Origin: Haliotis cracherodii
Taxonomy: Eukaryota
Direction of reading: 5' to 3'
Length of the DNA stretch: 64,000 nt
NCBI RefSeq assembly: GCF_022045235.1
Contig: NW_027266274.1
Span: forward strand, 10,974,001 to 11,038,000
The notes beneath the pieces were generated by a model that searched no databases, was not told the origin of the DNA, and was given only the letters and a program-made list of their open reading frames with translations. Shown here piece by piece: positions 11,900 to 22,800 of the stretch; the first letter of the stretch is position 1; each line of letters opens with the position of its first letter. A program made the position numbers and the translations under genes.

Positions 11900-14050
11900 T
11901 GAGTAACGTGTGTCTGATCATGCATGCGATGTGCCTCCACGGGTATTCTTGTAGCATCACATGTGTTTGATCATGCATGCGATTGCCTACATGAATATGT
12001 TTGCTGAGAGTCATGTGTATCTGATCATACATACCCTTTACCTACAGGGGTGCATTTGGATTGAGTCGTGTATATCTTGAGTTTCATGTATAGCTTTACC
12101 TACACGGGTTTGGGTGCTGCAAGTTATGTGTTTCTGTTTCTGACCACATATGCCCTTTACATACACTGGTGTGCCTGCAGTGAGTTACGTGTGTCTGAAC
12201 TTGCATGCCCTTTACCTTCACTGGTTTGCGTGCAGTGAGTTATATGTGTCTAACCTTGCATGCCCTTTACCTTCACTGGTTTCCGTGCAGTTGGTTATGT
12301 GAATCTGGCCTTGCATGCCCTTTACCTTCACTGGTTTGCGTGCAGTGAGTTATGTGTGTCTGACCTTGCATGCCCGTGTAACTAGACTGGTTTGCGTGCA
12401 GTGTGGTATGCGTGTCTGACCTTGCATGCCCTGTACCTTCACTGGTTTCCGTGCAGTGAGCTATGTGTGTCTGACCTTGCATGCCATGTACCTTCACTGG
12501 TTTGCGTGCAGTGAGTTATTTGTGTCTGAACATACATGCCCTGTACCTTCACTGGTTTGCGGACAGTGAGTTATGTGTGTCTGAACATACATGCCCGTGT
12601 AGCTTCACTGGTTTGCGTACAGTGAGTTATGTGTGTCTGACCATACATGACCATGTACCTTTACTTGTTTGCGTGCAGTGAGTTATGTGTGTCTGGCCTT
12701 GCATACCCTGTACCTTCACTGGTTTGCGTGCAGTTGGTTATGTGTGCCTGGCCTTGCATGCCCTTTACCTTCACTGGTTTGCGTGCAGTGAGTTATATGT
12801 GTCTGGCCTTGCATGCCCTTTACCTTCAATGGTTTGCGTGCAGTGAGTTATATGTGTCTGACCTTGCATGCCCTTTACCCTCACTGGTTTGCGTGCAGTG
12901 AGTTATGTGTGTCTGACCTTGCATGCCCTGTACCTTCACTGGTTTGCGTGCAGTGAGTTATGCGTGTCTGACCTTGCATGCCCTGTACCTTTATTGGTTT
13001 GCGTGCAGTGAGTTATGTGTGTCTGACCTTGCATGCCCTGTATCTACACTGGTTTGCATGCAGTGAGTTATGCGTGTCTGACCTTGTATATCCTGTACCT
13101 ACACTGGTTTGCGTGCAGTGAGTTATGTGTGTCTGACCTTGCATGCCCATGTACCTACACTGGTTTGCATGCAGTGAGTTATGCGTGTCTGACCTTGTAT
13201 ATCCTGTACCTACACTGGTTTGCGTGCAGTGAGTTATGTGTCTGACCAGTTATGCCCATGTACCTACACTGGTTTGCGTGCAGTTAGTTATGCGTGTCTG
13301 ACCTTGCATGCCCTGTACCTTTACTGGTTTGCTTGAAGTGAGTTATGTGTGTCTGACCTTGCATGCCCTGTATCTACACTGGTTTGCGTACAGTGAGTTA
13401 TGTGTGTCTGACCTTGCATGCCCTGTACCTTCATTGGTTTGCGTGCAGTGAGTTATGTGTATCTGACCTTGCATGCCCATGTACCTACACTGGTTTGCGT
13501 GCAGTTAGTTATGTGTGTCTGACCTTGCATGCCCTGTACCTTCATTGGTTTGCGTGCAGTGAGTTATGTGTCTGATCAGTTATGCCCATGTACCTTCACT
13601 GGTTTGCGTGCAGTGAGTTATGTGTGTCTGACCTTGCATGCCGTGTTTCTATACTGGTTTGCGTGCAGTGAGTTATGTGTGTCTGACCTTGCATGCCCTG
13701 TACCTTCATTGGTTTGCGTGCAGTGAGTTATGTGTATCTGACCTTGCATGCCCATGTACCTACACTGGTTTGCGTGCAGTTAGTTATGTGTGTCTGGCCT
13801 TGCATGCCTTGTTTCTATACTGGTTTGCGTGCAGTGAGTTATGTGTGTCTGACCTTGCATGCCCTGTACCTTCATTGGTTTGGGTGCAGTGAGTTATATG
13901 TATCTGACCTTGCATGCCCTGTACCTACACTGGTTTGCGTGCAGTTAGTTATGTGTGTCTGGCCTTGCATGCCCTTTACCTACACTGGTTTTTGTGCAGT
14001 GAGTTATGTGTGTCTGAACATACATGCCCATTACCTACACGGGTTTGCTT
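11900..14050. repeat. 55-bp minisatellite (CTGGTTTGCGTGCAGTGAGTTATGTGTGTCTGACCTTGCATGCCCTGTACCTTCA)
   Basis: About 35 homogeneous units from ~12150; degenerate units towards 11900. Confidence 0.95.
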
Positions 14051-14567
14051 GCATTTTTTTTTATGACTCCACACCGGGACTACCGTGTATTTTGTCTACT
14101 TGGCAGTTAATATGAACATTACATGTAACATCTAGCCTGCGCCTGTAAATCTAATCTTTTGTTAAACCAAATATTTAAGCTATAAATACTACCAAAGACA
14201 AACGTAACAATGACCCTGTACTTACTTATATATTGTGATGCTGTAGAAGTAACCCAAAACAAGTGTACTAGTGTTTAATGTGTCTATGTCAGATTTAAAT
14301 TGAAACAAAATTGAAAAATGTCCTAAACGCATTACAAATAGCATCAAGACACCCCAACCTGCCTTGTTTTCCTATATTAAGATGAAGTAAATTGAAATGA
14401 TTGCAGTTAAATTTGTCTTTGAGTATAATGCATAACATTTTCGACCATCTATCAAAAATATATGCTGCCATTGTACGCACACCGTACACCACTAAGATAT
14501 ACGAAACTGCTGTTTACACGCCATTGTTTGGTGGCGGTTAAAAAATATCTAAACAAGACATGGTAAG

Positions 14568-15064
14568 ACGACTTTTTAAAATGCGACTAGTTGATTCGGA
14601 GACATGTAGTTTTTGTTCAAATAGTATAGAATCTGTTTCCCATCCACTGGCAGACTGTAGCAAAGTGAAACCCATATGGCAAAAAATGGAAGAGTGGCTA
14701 TCAGATGAGATTCAAGTTAAGCTCACATTAACAAGCAAAAACATTCTGCTTGGATTTGATCAGCGACACAACGATCCTATAAATGTAATTATCTTACTTT
14801 GCAAATTCGTAATTTTTAAATATAGATATTCAAAAAAAGGTACCGAACTTCCAGTTTTTAAACAAAGAGATTTACAAATATTACATGCTTACAAAATACA
14901 CAGCTCTCATAAGTAACAGTATCGATAAATTCTACAAATTTTGGTCATCTTGTCATCTTTTGTTTCCCACACAATAATTCTGTTCTCAACTTTTGTTTAC
15001 TGCCTATGTATTACATTGTATAGCCCATGTGTAAAAATGCAACAGAAATAAAAAGTTATAAAAA
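14568..15064 (+). mobile_element. 5'-truncated L1/Tx1-clade LINE 3' fragment with poly(A) and TSD
   Basis: 13-bp TSD AAGACATGGTAAG at 14555-14567 and 15065-15077; ORF has CSFCSNSIESVSHPLADC; AATAAA and A-tail. Confidence 0.85.
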
Positions 15065-17130
15065 AAGACATGGTAAGTTAATGGTGATGCATTTCAAACG
15101 GGCATCATAGTCGTGCTACGTTAGCAGGATTTCGTCGACAATTTTCATCCTAGTGACCTTTTTTCAAAGTTTGTAATTGTTTGGTCAATTCCAATTTTCA
15201 AATGCATGCTTTGTTTGGCCCCCTAGTTAACATAAGTACTATCAGACCATCCAACTGCAACCATGTGTGCAGTATCTTACAGTACGTTTGTTGAGAACCA
15301 CGCGTATTCAAAAGTATATTTTGTAACATATTCAGCAATGTCCAATAATCTTTAAAGTAATAAATCGGTTTAAAAAATGCAACATTCAATAAACATAACA
15401 TATCATGCACTTACTTATACACAGAGGCAGACTTCACCTGGTATCACCACTGTATGAAAGTAAAGCATAAACACATATTCATGATATAGTCGGAATCGTA
15501 CAATCGACTCTGCTGTTAGAAGAAACTTCTTATCGTGGGGCGGTTAAGGTTAAATTTGTGCACTTTGAGTTGAAAGCACCAAACTTGGCACAATTATACA
15601 TTGAACAATTCCGAACATTTCTGGATGTAGTATATAATTCAAATCTAATATGCAGCGCCCACTGGTGGCGAAGAAAATCCAAGATTGCCGCCAAAATGAC
15701 TTAATCTTCAATAAATGTCGACTCTGCTGTTGGAAGAAACCTCTTATGATTTCTATCTATAAGCGTAAGTAAACGTCCAAGAAAGTATGATGTGAAAAAT
15801 TGAATCAGAATGAGCGTCCATGTATGAATTTTACTTTTGAATTTATTTTGCATTTTGATATAAAAAATATGTATGTATGTATCTGTGTAAGGTTTATAAA
15901 TTGTATACCGTTGCATTATAAACGGTTCACATAAAATATCAGATGAAAAACTCTGATCATGAATATCCGACACTACACAAGATATGTATATAAGTCAATA
16001 GACACATACAATTTTGAAACCTCAATTATAAGCTTATAATGTAATTTAAATATAAACAAAACATGCGGAATTCGTTCGTCCCATCAGTTCGGTTCTCAAG
16101 AAGTATATCGTAATGGGCTAAACGGTTCACATAAAATATCAATTGAAAAACAATTGCACCTCTGAGTGTCCCACATTTTATAAAATGTTTATAGATGTGA
16201 ACAGACATATATACAATTATATTCATAACAATAAGCTTATAATGTCATTTATTTATCCTCAAAATATGCGTGTTCTACTTGTCATATGAGAAATTATTGA
16301 GATTTAATTATTGATAGTACTCTGAGCCGACAATGGATACGACTCAGGGAAGTACCTTTCAACAAGGATTCCTTTGACATGAAATGTTTACAGATGAGAT
16401 ATTAACTGTTTATGATACCTTCATATTCATATCACGTTGTTTCAACGCTAAGCGTGGAGCAAAAAGAGTCACAAACGACAGGGAAACTATTTTGCCGCGG
16501 GCTTATTGATAGCTTCAGCGAAGAGAAGTGACAAGACTCGCGGAGTAATATGTCTGTTTACTACCACGCATGCCCAGAGGCGAATAAAATACCGGTCTCG
16601 GCGTGCAAGCATTCATCATGGGTTAGGTCGGCTTAGCTTTATGTCACCACGTGACTACGTAGAGGACAAGTTGGTAGACTTTATTACAAGAACGGGGTCT
16701 AAACGTCTCCTTTAATCTTTTAACTTATAAAACCGTTTATTCATAATTGTATGTCGCGAAGCTGTTTTACAAACATGAATGTTTGTCGTTTGTCAAGGGC
16801 GTCCACAAAGACTGCATTGTTGAAATGACAATCAAGTTTTGTTTCAACAGATTACTTATTCGAAACATATTCAATTTATGTTAGGGCCATAACACACTGT
16901 TTTTAAATGAAAAGTGACAAGCATTAGAATCAATGTTAAACTTCAAGTGAATGGTTTTGAAGATGAAAAAGGTTAAATTTAAGCACTAACTAGGAAGACT
17001 CACCATTGGCGAAAGCTAAAATATGAAGAGAAATTTAGTCACTGTGCAGTGGGTTAATAATATTATAAAGGCAAAAACTGTGCAGGGTTTAAGTCTGTAG
17101 TGTATCTTTGTATTGACGCTGACGGAGCTA

Positions 17131-17201
17131 CTGCGATCACGGATCTTGGGAAATCCACATTAGAATGTAAGTGTGGAGTCCCCACGGTCCGCGCCCACAA
17201 C
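17131..17201 (-). ncRNA. mir-1986: pre-miRNA, miR-1986 family, downstream copy (mature 3p arm 17136-17157)
   Basis: Minus strand folds into a ~70-nt hairpin; the 3' arm UGGAUUUCCCAAGAUCCGUGAU is identical in the second copy while loop and star arm differ; matches the recalled mollusc miR-1986 mature sequence. Confidence 0.8.
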
Positions 17202-17220
17202 CACCGACCTTCTTCATCTG

Positions 17221-17234
17221 TGACGTCACTTCCG
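17221..17234 (-). promoter_or_regulatory. ETS-CRE composite motif (CGGAAGTGACGTCA) just 5' of the miR-1986 hairpin
   Basis: Exact motif conserved at the same offset in both copies (also 18235-18249). Confidence 0.45.
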
Positions 17235-17854
17235 CTAAGGGGGTCTCCGTGATAAGAGTTTTAATGTGCAAACATGCGTGCGAGTGAAATTGTGCAAACG
17301 TATAACTTATTTGGTGTTGGAAAGTCAGTTTCATCAAAGTTGTGCACTTTTGATTAAGTTATTCGTGAATGTGCAAGACATTTTATCAAACTTGGAATGT
17401 ACTGTTTAATTGAATAGTTTCACGAAGAAGCTAGTGCATTTCGCTCATTTACGCTGATATTAGTTCCTGTTATATAACTTTCTTAAATTAAATCGCCAAA
17501 AGGCTATGGTAATCGTGCTTTACTAGTAAAATAGAGAGACGAGGATACAGTGAAACTATCAAAGCAACGTGTGCGTGCAATCATTCCGGTGCGTGTTTGA
17601 TTTATTTTGCGTGAAACCAAGAGTGCGTTCCTGACCCAAAAAACAAATGGAAAACGAATTTGCTCATGGTTTATAACCACAAACACGAGTGTAAGTACAG
17701 AGTTACAAATGTGCAAAGTGAGTGATTGAGTGACCTTTTACTTTGAAACAATACCCCTACTGCAGTGTACCCCTAAGTTGACAGTGCAAGAGTATTTCAG
17801 TGAGTAAGTTCCTTTGCTTAAATGACTCAATTGTTAACATATTAAACTTGGTCT

Positions 17855-17933
17855 TGTCGCTATATGGCTGAAATAATGCCGATGCGACGTTAAATTTTAA
17901 CTCACTCACTCACTCACTCACTCACTCACTCAC
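17855..17933 (+). mobile_element. Short LINE 3'-tail insertion with (ACTC)n
   Basis: TATGGCTGAAATAATGCCGATGCGACGTTAAATTTTAACTCACTC... Confidence 0.65.
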
Positions 17934-18136
17934 CCCAGTGAGTAAGTTGACTGTAACGTCGCATTCAATATCATTTCATTAAAAGCACGGCGTTACTTGA
18001 CTTGTTGTTATTAAAATGATATTAAAAGGTATACATACACTCACCAAATTGTGTACCTGAATATTTCGTTTTATTGTTTTATTTTGGGTAAAGAGATAGT
18101 GATGAGTCGCTGTTGGTCTTGCAATGTTTGACGTAG

Positions 18137-18222
18137 GCGGCGACATTGCGATCACGGATCTTGGGAAATCCACTGTCAAATAGACTGTGGCGCCCCCACG
18201 ACCCGCGCCCACAACCACCGAC
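18137..18222 (-). ncRNA. mir-1986: pre-miRNA, miR-1986 family, upstream copy (mature 3p arm 18151-18172)
   Basis: Hairpin GCGCGGGUCGUGGGGGCGCCAC-loop-GUGGAUUUCCCAAGAUCCGUGAUCGC, with extended basal stem CGGUGGUUGUGG/UCGCAAUGUCGCCG. Confidence 0.85.
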
Positions 18223-18234
18223 CATCTTCTTCTG

Positions 18235-18249
18235 TGACGTCACTTCCGG
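18235..18249 (-). promoter_or_regulatory. ETS-CRE composite motif (CCGGAAGTGACGTCA)
   Basis: TGACGTCACTTCCGG on the plus strand; duplicated at 17221. Confidence 0.45.
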
Positions 18250-18497
18250 GAAATAGAATGCTTACAAACAATTTCTTTCAAAAATGCATACTGAAAACTG
18301 TTAACAGTTAATAATGTTTGTACAAGTATATTTGAAAGAAATATTTCATGAGAGTAGAATGTACAATTATGGAAACAAATATTTAACTCAGCTTGGAAAC
18401 TTTGAGAAAAGGACACCGGGGTGGTGCTGCCACTGGGTCGTGACATCTTCATCACGGGATGTTTTGTTGCCACGTTGTAGTTGTAGTTGCCACGGAC

Positions 18498-18570
18498 TGC
18501 ACGAGCAAGTAGTTGACGTAGTCCCGGGATTATAGACAACCTGGGACCCCATCAACTTACTGCACGTACA
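18498..18570 (-). ncRNA. mir-1990: pre-miRNA, miR-1990 (5p arm 18540-18561, 3p arm 18505-18526)
   Basis: Hairpin AGUAAGUUGAUGGGGUCCCAGG-loop-CGGGACUACGUCAACUACUUGC with basal stem UGUACG/CGUGCA; both arms match recalled miR-1990 sequences. Confidence 0.87.
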
Positions 18571-20000
18571 ACCCAAATATCGCTGGAATGACGTGGACTG
18601 ACGCCACTGGGACGATGTCTTTTTAGAGTCCTGAAACAAGATTGATATCAATAACACTTGCTGCAGCAATGAAGGTGAAACAGTTAATACCCTACAGCAC
18701 CAAGACACGTGGTATCATAATATTGTTAAGTGCTTATTAAGAAATGTACCAGGCGAATTATGAGGACAAACACCAAAAGTTTCTCAACAAAGTCTGAGAG
18801 AGGCTAAGCACGTCCGACCATGTCTAACCACACGGGAAAAGGACGCGGTCTCGTAGCCTCTCGTCGGAAGACGAGATCACGTTAATGTATGAGCGACAAG
18901 ATTAATATTCTAGCTTTCGGTGCCGGAGGGAAAATGGAGGCAGTTCAAATAATAAAAGCGGGCGACATTTGATGGGATGGGTTTGTGTCCCTCGGGCCTG
19001 CGCAGAGTGTCTCCTCGCAACAGAGGGCGCATTAATCATGCCAGGAAAGAGGCCGCGGACGCGAATTTAAATTTTAAATTTTGGTTACGCTTTTGACTTA
19101 GATTCGCCTCAGTTTTCATATTCGTAAGATATCGAAGATTTATTTTTAAAATATGAATAAGTGCAAGGTGAATTGCAATGCCATTTCAAAATGCATATTT
19201 ACTAATATAATTATTTATAACTGATATTATTTTAAATGGATTACATTAATCTAAAACATAATTTGATATCATTTCACCAAACTATTTATATTTTGCCCAT
19301 GTATGATGAATACTGTGTTTCAAATCTGTACAATAAATATAAATATGCCTCCAAAGGCGATATTAAGAGATATTCATCGATAGAGTAAAATATCTTCAAG
19401 CGATGTAACCATAGAAACAATGACTTGGAGATATAGATAACCTTCCTATACATATCTCAGTGTCCCCATTATTGCTATGCGATGTACGGCATTTAGTTTT
19501 ACGTATACGCATGGGTGCAGTTTGCTAGTCGATGAGCCTTTGGCTGTGTCCTGTCTTTCCCACAAAGATAGCGATCTTTGACATCACTGTATCAATATGC
19601 TACTGTTTCAAGCATGTTTATAGTTGATATTCTGTTCTCATTTATGACATATTAAACATAGATTTTGTAAATGAAAATATACCTATCAAATGATGAACAA
19701 TTTATTAAATGAAAATGTATTTTAGAACGAATCAAACACACTTTTAGCAGTATTTATGTATTTAATCATATATCATTCCATCTATGTATTCTATAGCTGC
19801 GAGTAGATGCAATATCGCTGGTGCAGCTAAAAACAATATTAACTCATTTTAAATATATCCGAAATATTATTCTGTGAAGTTATTAAACCTCTAATACTTG
19901 ATATGTAATCGGTATCCCCATATATAAAGTTAGAATGTGGTCATAGGCTCGGAGCTATGTAGAAATACATGATACTAAAAGTATCTACAAAATGAAATAC

Positions 20001-20210
20001 CTGTAGCAAACTTGGTCCTGTTTGCTGTGGTCATATCCGTATCGCTGGGAGGACTGGAGGAAGATGATGTGGGATACCGATACTCTACCCTTTTTATGTG
20101 AGACGCCCAGGTAATCCACATACCCGCCTCAAGGGATCACAGGTAAATCGACCACTAAGGATCGACCTTTTCGATCACGTTTGATCGTAATGATTGCCCA
20201 TCAATCAATG
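20001..20210 (-). promoter_or_regulatory. Candidate Pol II promoter and first non-coding exon of the pri-miRNA host transcript
   Basis: On the minus strand: TGATTGATGG (20207-20198), GC-box-like GAGGCGGG, CATAAAAAGG (from 20098), CA initiator ~30 nt downstream (~20068), then CAG|GTATTT donor at 20001/20000. Confidence 0.4.
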
Positions 20211-22205
20211 GAAACATCGGTCCAGGCGATACGGTGGAGTTTAAGACATGCCCGGGGCTGTCGGTCTGACACAATGTAGGTAAGCGTAGGTACTGTATGT
20301 GACCCTACCTTAAAACAATGGGATAATAGGGCTATTGTCTTCTTAATAAGCTTCCCTTTACTGAGTTTACTTATCATTTAAATCCCCTTGAGTCTTGATA
20401 GACTGACACTGACGATTGTGAAGTACTGTAAAACTGCCATAGGGTTTTGAGACGAGGAAGTGATTACGTTATGGTATTTAGGATTTTAACAGATTTTGTT
20501 TTGTTTTTTTGTTTACAAATCACTTACAGTGTTTTCGATACTTAACTAAAGCAACTTTGACGTGGCATTATTTACATTCGATCTTCTGTTTGTAGATTGT
20601 GTCATACATATAACTGTGTTTCTTATAATGTCAGTCAGAAAGTATGTCTTAACGTGGTCAGTTTTTGTGATAAATTATTACATTTTAAATTCATCACCAA
20701 TCAAGGGCATAGTTTCATGTTTAATCGTTAGAAAGAAGGGGATTAAAAACATGACCTCATCATAGAAATAAACCTTCATTCTCTTCATTATTGCAAAATT
20801 ATCTATTTTTTTAAATATTAACTTAATTTCATAAACCTATCCCAAATGTATTATCGATAGGTAACGGAGATAAATTGGTGCATATTCACATGGATTTAAA
20901 GGCACATTTTTGCATTTGTTGTGGTATCTCTTCTGTCACTGGTGTGGATAGTGTGATGTCCACATATTGCTGACAATGATAAATAAACATAGCTTGCATG
21001 CCACAGGATACCTAATACATCTTCGTCGGGCACATTCCAGGTGTGTGCCATGAAAAAAACGATAAATGCTACAAGTGACGTATGGTGTAATCATTAATAA
21101 ACGGTTGCCATCTTTCATGTCTGTTGTAATATAAGTAATCGGAAAGTTAATAACACCAGAAAAGCAATAGTAGTTTCATTTGCACTGGTGACAATAGTCC
21201 TATATGATTGTACCTTACTAAACCTAACCATGAAATGCATCTAATGATCCACATGACTTCGACTAATTGGACAAATAATATGTTGTGTACGCACTGTCGA
21301 CATTACTATAGAATGTTTTAAGTTATGTGGTTGATGCCATATGTAGAATGTGCATTATTTGTATTTAAGGAATATTCGGTCATAGTCACCCCTGAATCGG
21401 AAACATTCTAAACAGAATCGTTTTTGTAACTTGACAATTATATCGGAACAGTCATACAAAACTAAACGATCGTCTTTAGCAACTGCGCAAGGCTGGGTTT
21501 ATAATCTACCAAATCTAAATGTTTGGGTTTACTCTTAAACTTGGCATGGTTTACAATGAAACAGCCGTATTCGAAATATTTGCCAGTCACAGTGTCATCA
21601 TGTAGTTGATAAATGATACTGTTGGACTGACGTGAAATATATCTATTACATAAGACAAGTCCTCAGCAATATATCACTTTTGTAGCTTATATTATATGGG
21701 TACAAATGTCAAGTGTGTTTGTGAGTTGTGTCTTCTCCACACATGCGTAATATTAGGCTTACATAAATGTACAAGAAGTGTATTCTTGCTGTATATGCTG
21801 AAGCAATTACACTTTAAAAAAATAATCATTAAATATTTTGAATACCAAATATGACTAACTGCATGCTGTCGTACAACTATCGTGCAAAAAGCAAAAAAAT
21901 AATGATAGGTTTAATGACCATGATGAATAGTGAATTATGTAACATGTCACTAAACAACTCCTATGTACACAATGATCCGTGAATACAAAATATGATTTAC
22001 CTCCTGCTATAAGGCATTTTATAGCCACACATTGCATCATTATCAAGAGCGAACAATGTGTACAGTATGGTAAATATTGTTAATGGAGGCATATGAACAA
22101 AATATATGAACGGTTATTGTAAAAAAAAGTATGTATGGTTGCACAGGATTGATGTATCAGTGTATACGAGATATCGGGCTGACACCAACATTATCAGGTA
22201 AGAAA

Positions 22206-22318
22206 GAGAATTTATGGATGTCAACTTCTTTATTAGTAGGAAAACAACGTTACGGAGTATATGCCTACTCCTTCGTTGTGTTCCTCATAATAAAGAAGTT
22301 GACATCCATAAATTCTCA
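22206..22318. repeat. Fold-back (inverted) junction of a Penelope-type pLTR repeat
   Basis: GAGAATTTATGGATGTCAACTTCTTTATTA ... TAATAAAGAAGTTGACATCCATAAATTCTC form perfect 30-bp arms; same family as 45021-45395. Confidence 0.75.
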
Positions 22319-22648
22319 TCCTTATGTGTATCATTTATAAATGCCTTTCAGCGACATACATTATCATTGAAGTGTCCATTGAAATATACTTCTCCACAGA
22401 AGTAAACAAACACCCCATTCTTTGACGTTACTATAGTTCATCTGCCAGGCCATAGGAAATAATCGGGTGATCTCTTCTTTGGAATACTGTATATAATTTT
22501 ACGTTGGTATTTACACATCCTAATCCCAGAAGAGCAACAATGTAATGATAGCATTTTAGTAACAGCGAACTTGATTCCCTGACTTTAATTCCTAAATCGG
22601 CAAAGATCACACAGAAAGATTGTATATTGTACATGCGCATTATGTCAG

Positions 22649-22800
22649 NNNNNNNNNNNNNNNNNNNNNNNNNNNNNNNNNNNNNNNNNNNNNNNNNNNN
22701 NNNNNNNNNNNNNNNNNNNNNNNNNNNNNNNNNNNNNNNNNNNNNNNNNNNNNNNNNNNNNNNNNNNNNNNNNNNNNNNNNNNNNNNNNNNNNNNNNNNN
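22649..22800. other. Assembly gap
   Basis: N run. Confidence 1.

Noticed and set aside
12273-14115. Many Cys-rich ORFs
   Set aside because: Translations of the 55-bp minisatellite; the unit length is not a multiple of 3.
18100-18230. Short minus-strand ORF after the ETS-CRE motif (MVGGCGRGSW...)
   Set aside because: The ATG and frame are not conserved in the duplicate; the conservation pattern fits a miRNA hairpin instead.
18965-19045. Additional GC-rich hairpin upstream of miR-1990
   Set aside because: Interrupted stem with large internal loops, not recognised as a known miRNA; would need small-RNA reads.
20930-22200. Scattered Cys-rich stretches and a CAG|GTAAG donor at ~22197 suggesting decayed EGF-like exons
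   Set aside because: Too many stops and no consistent Cys spacing to support a call.
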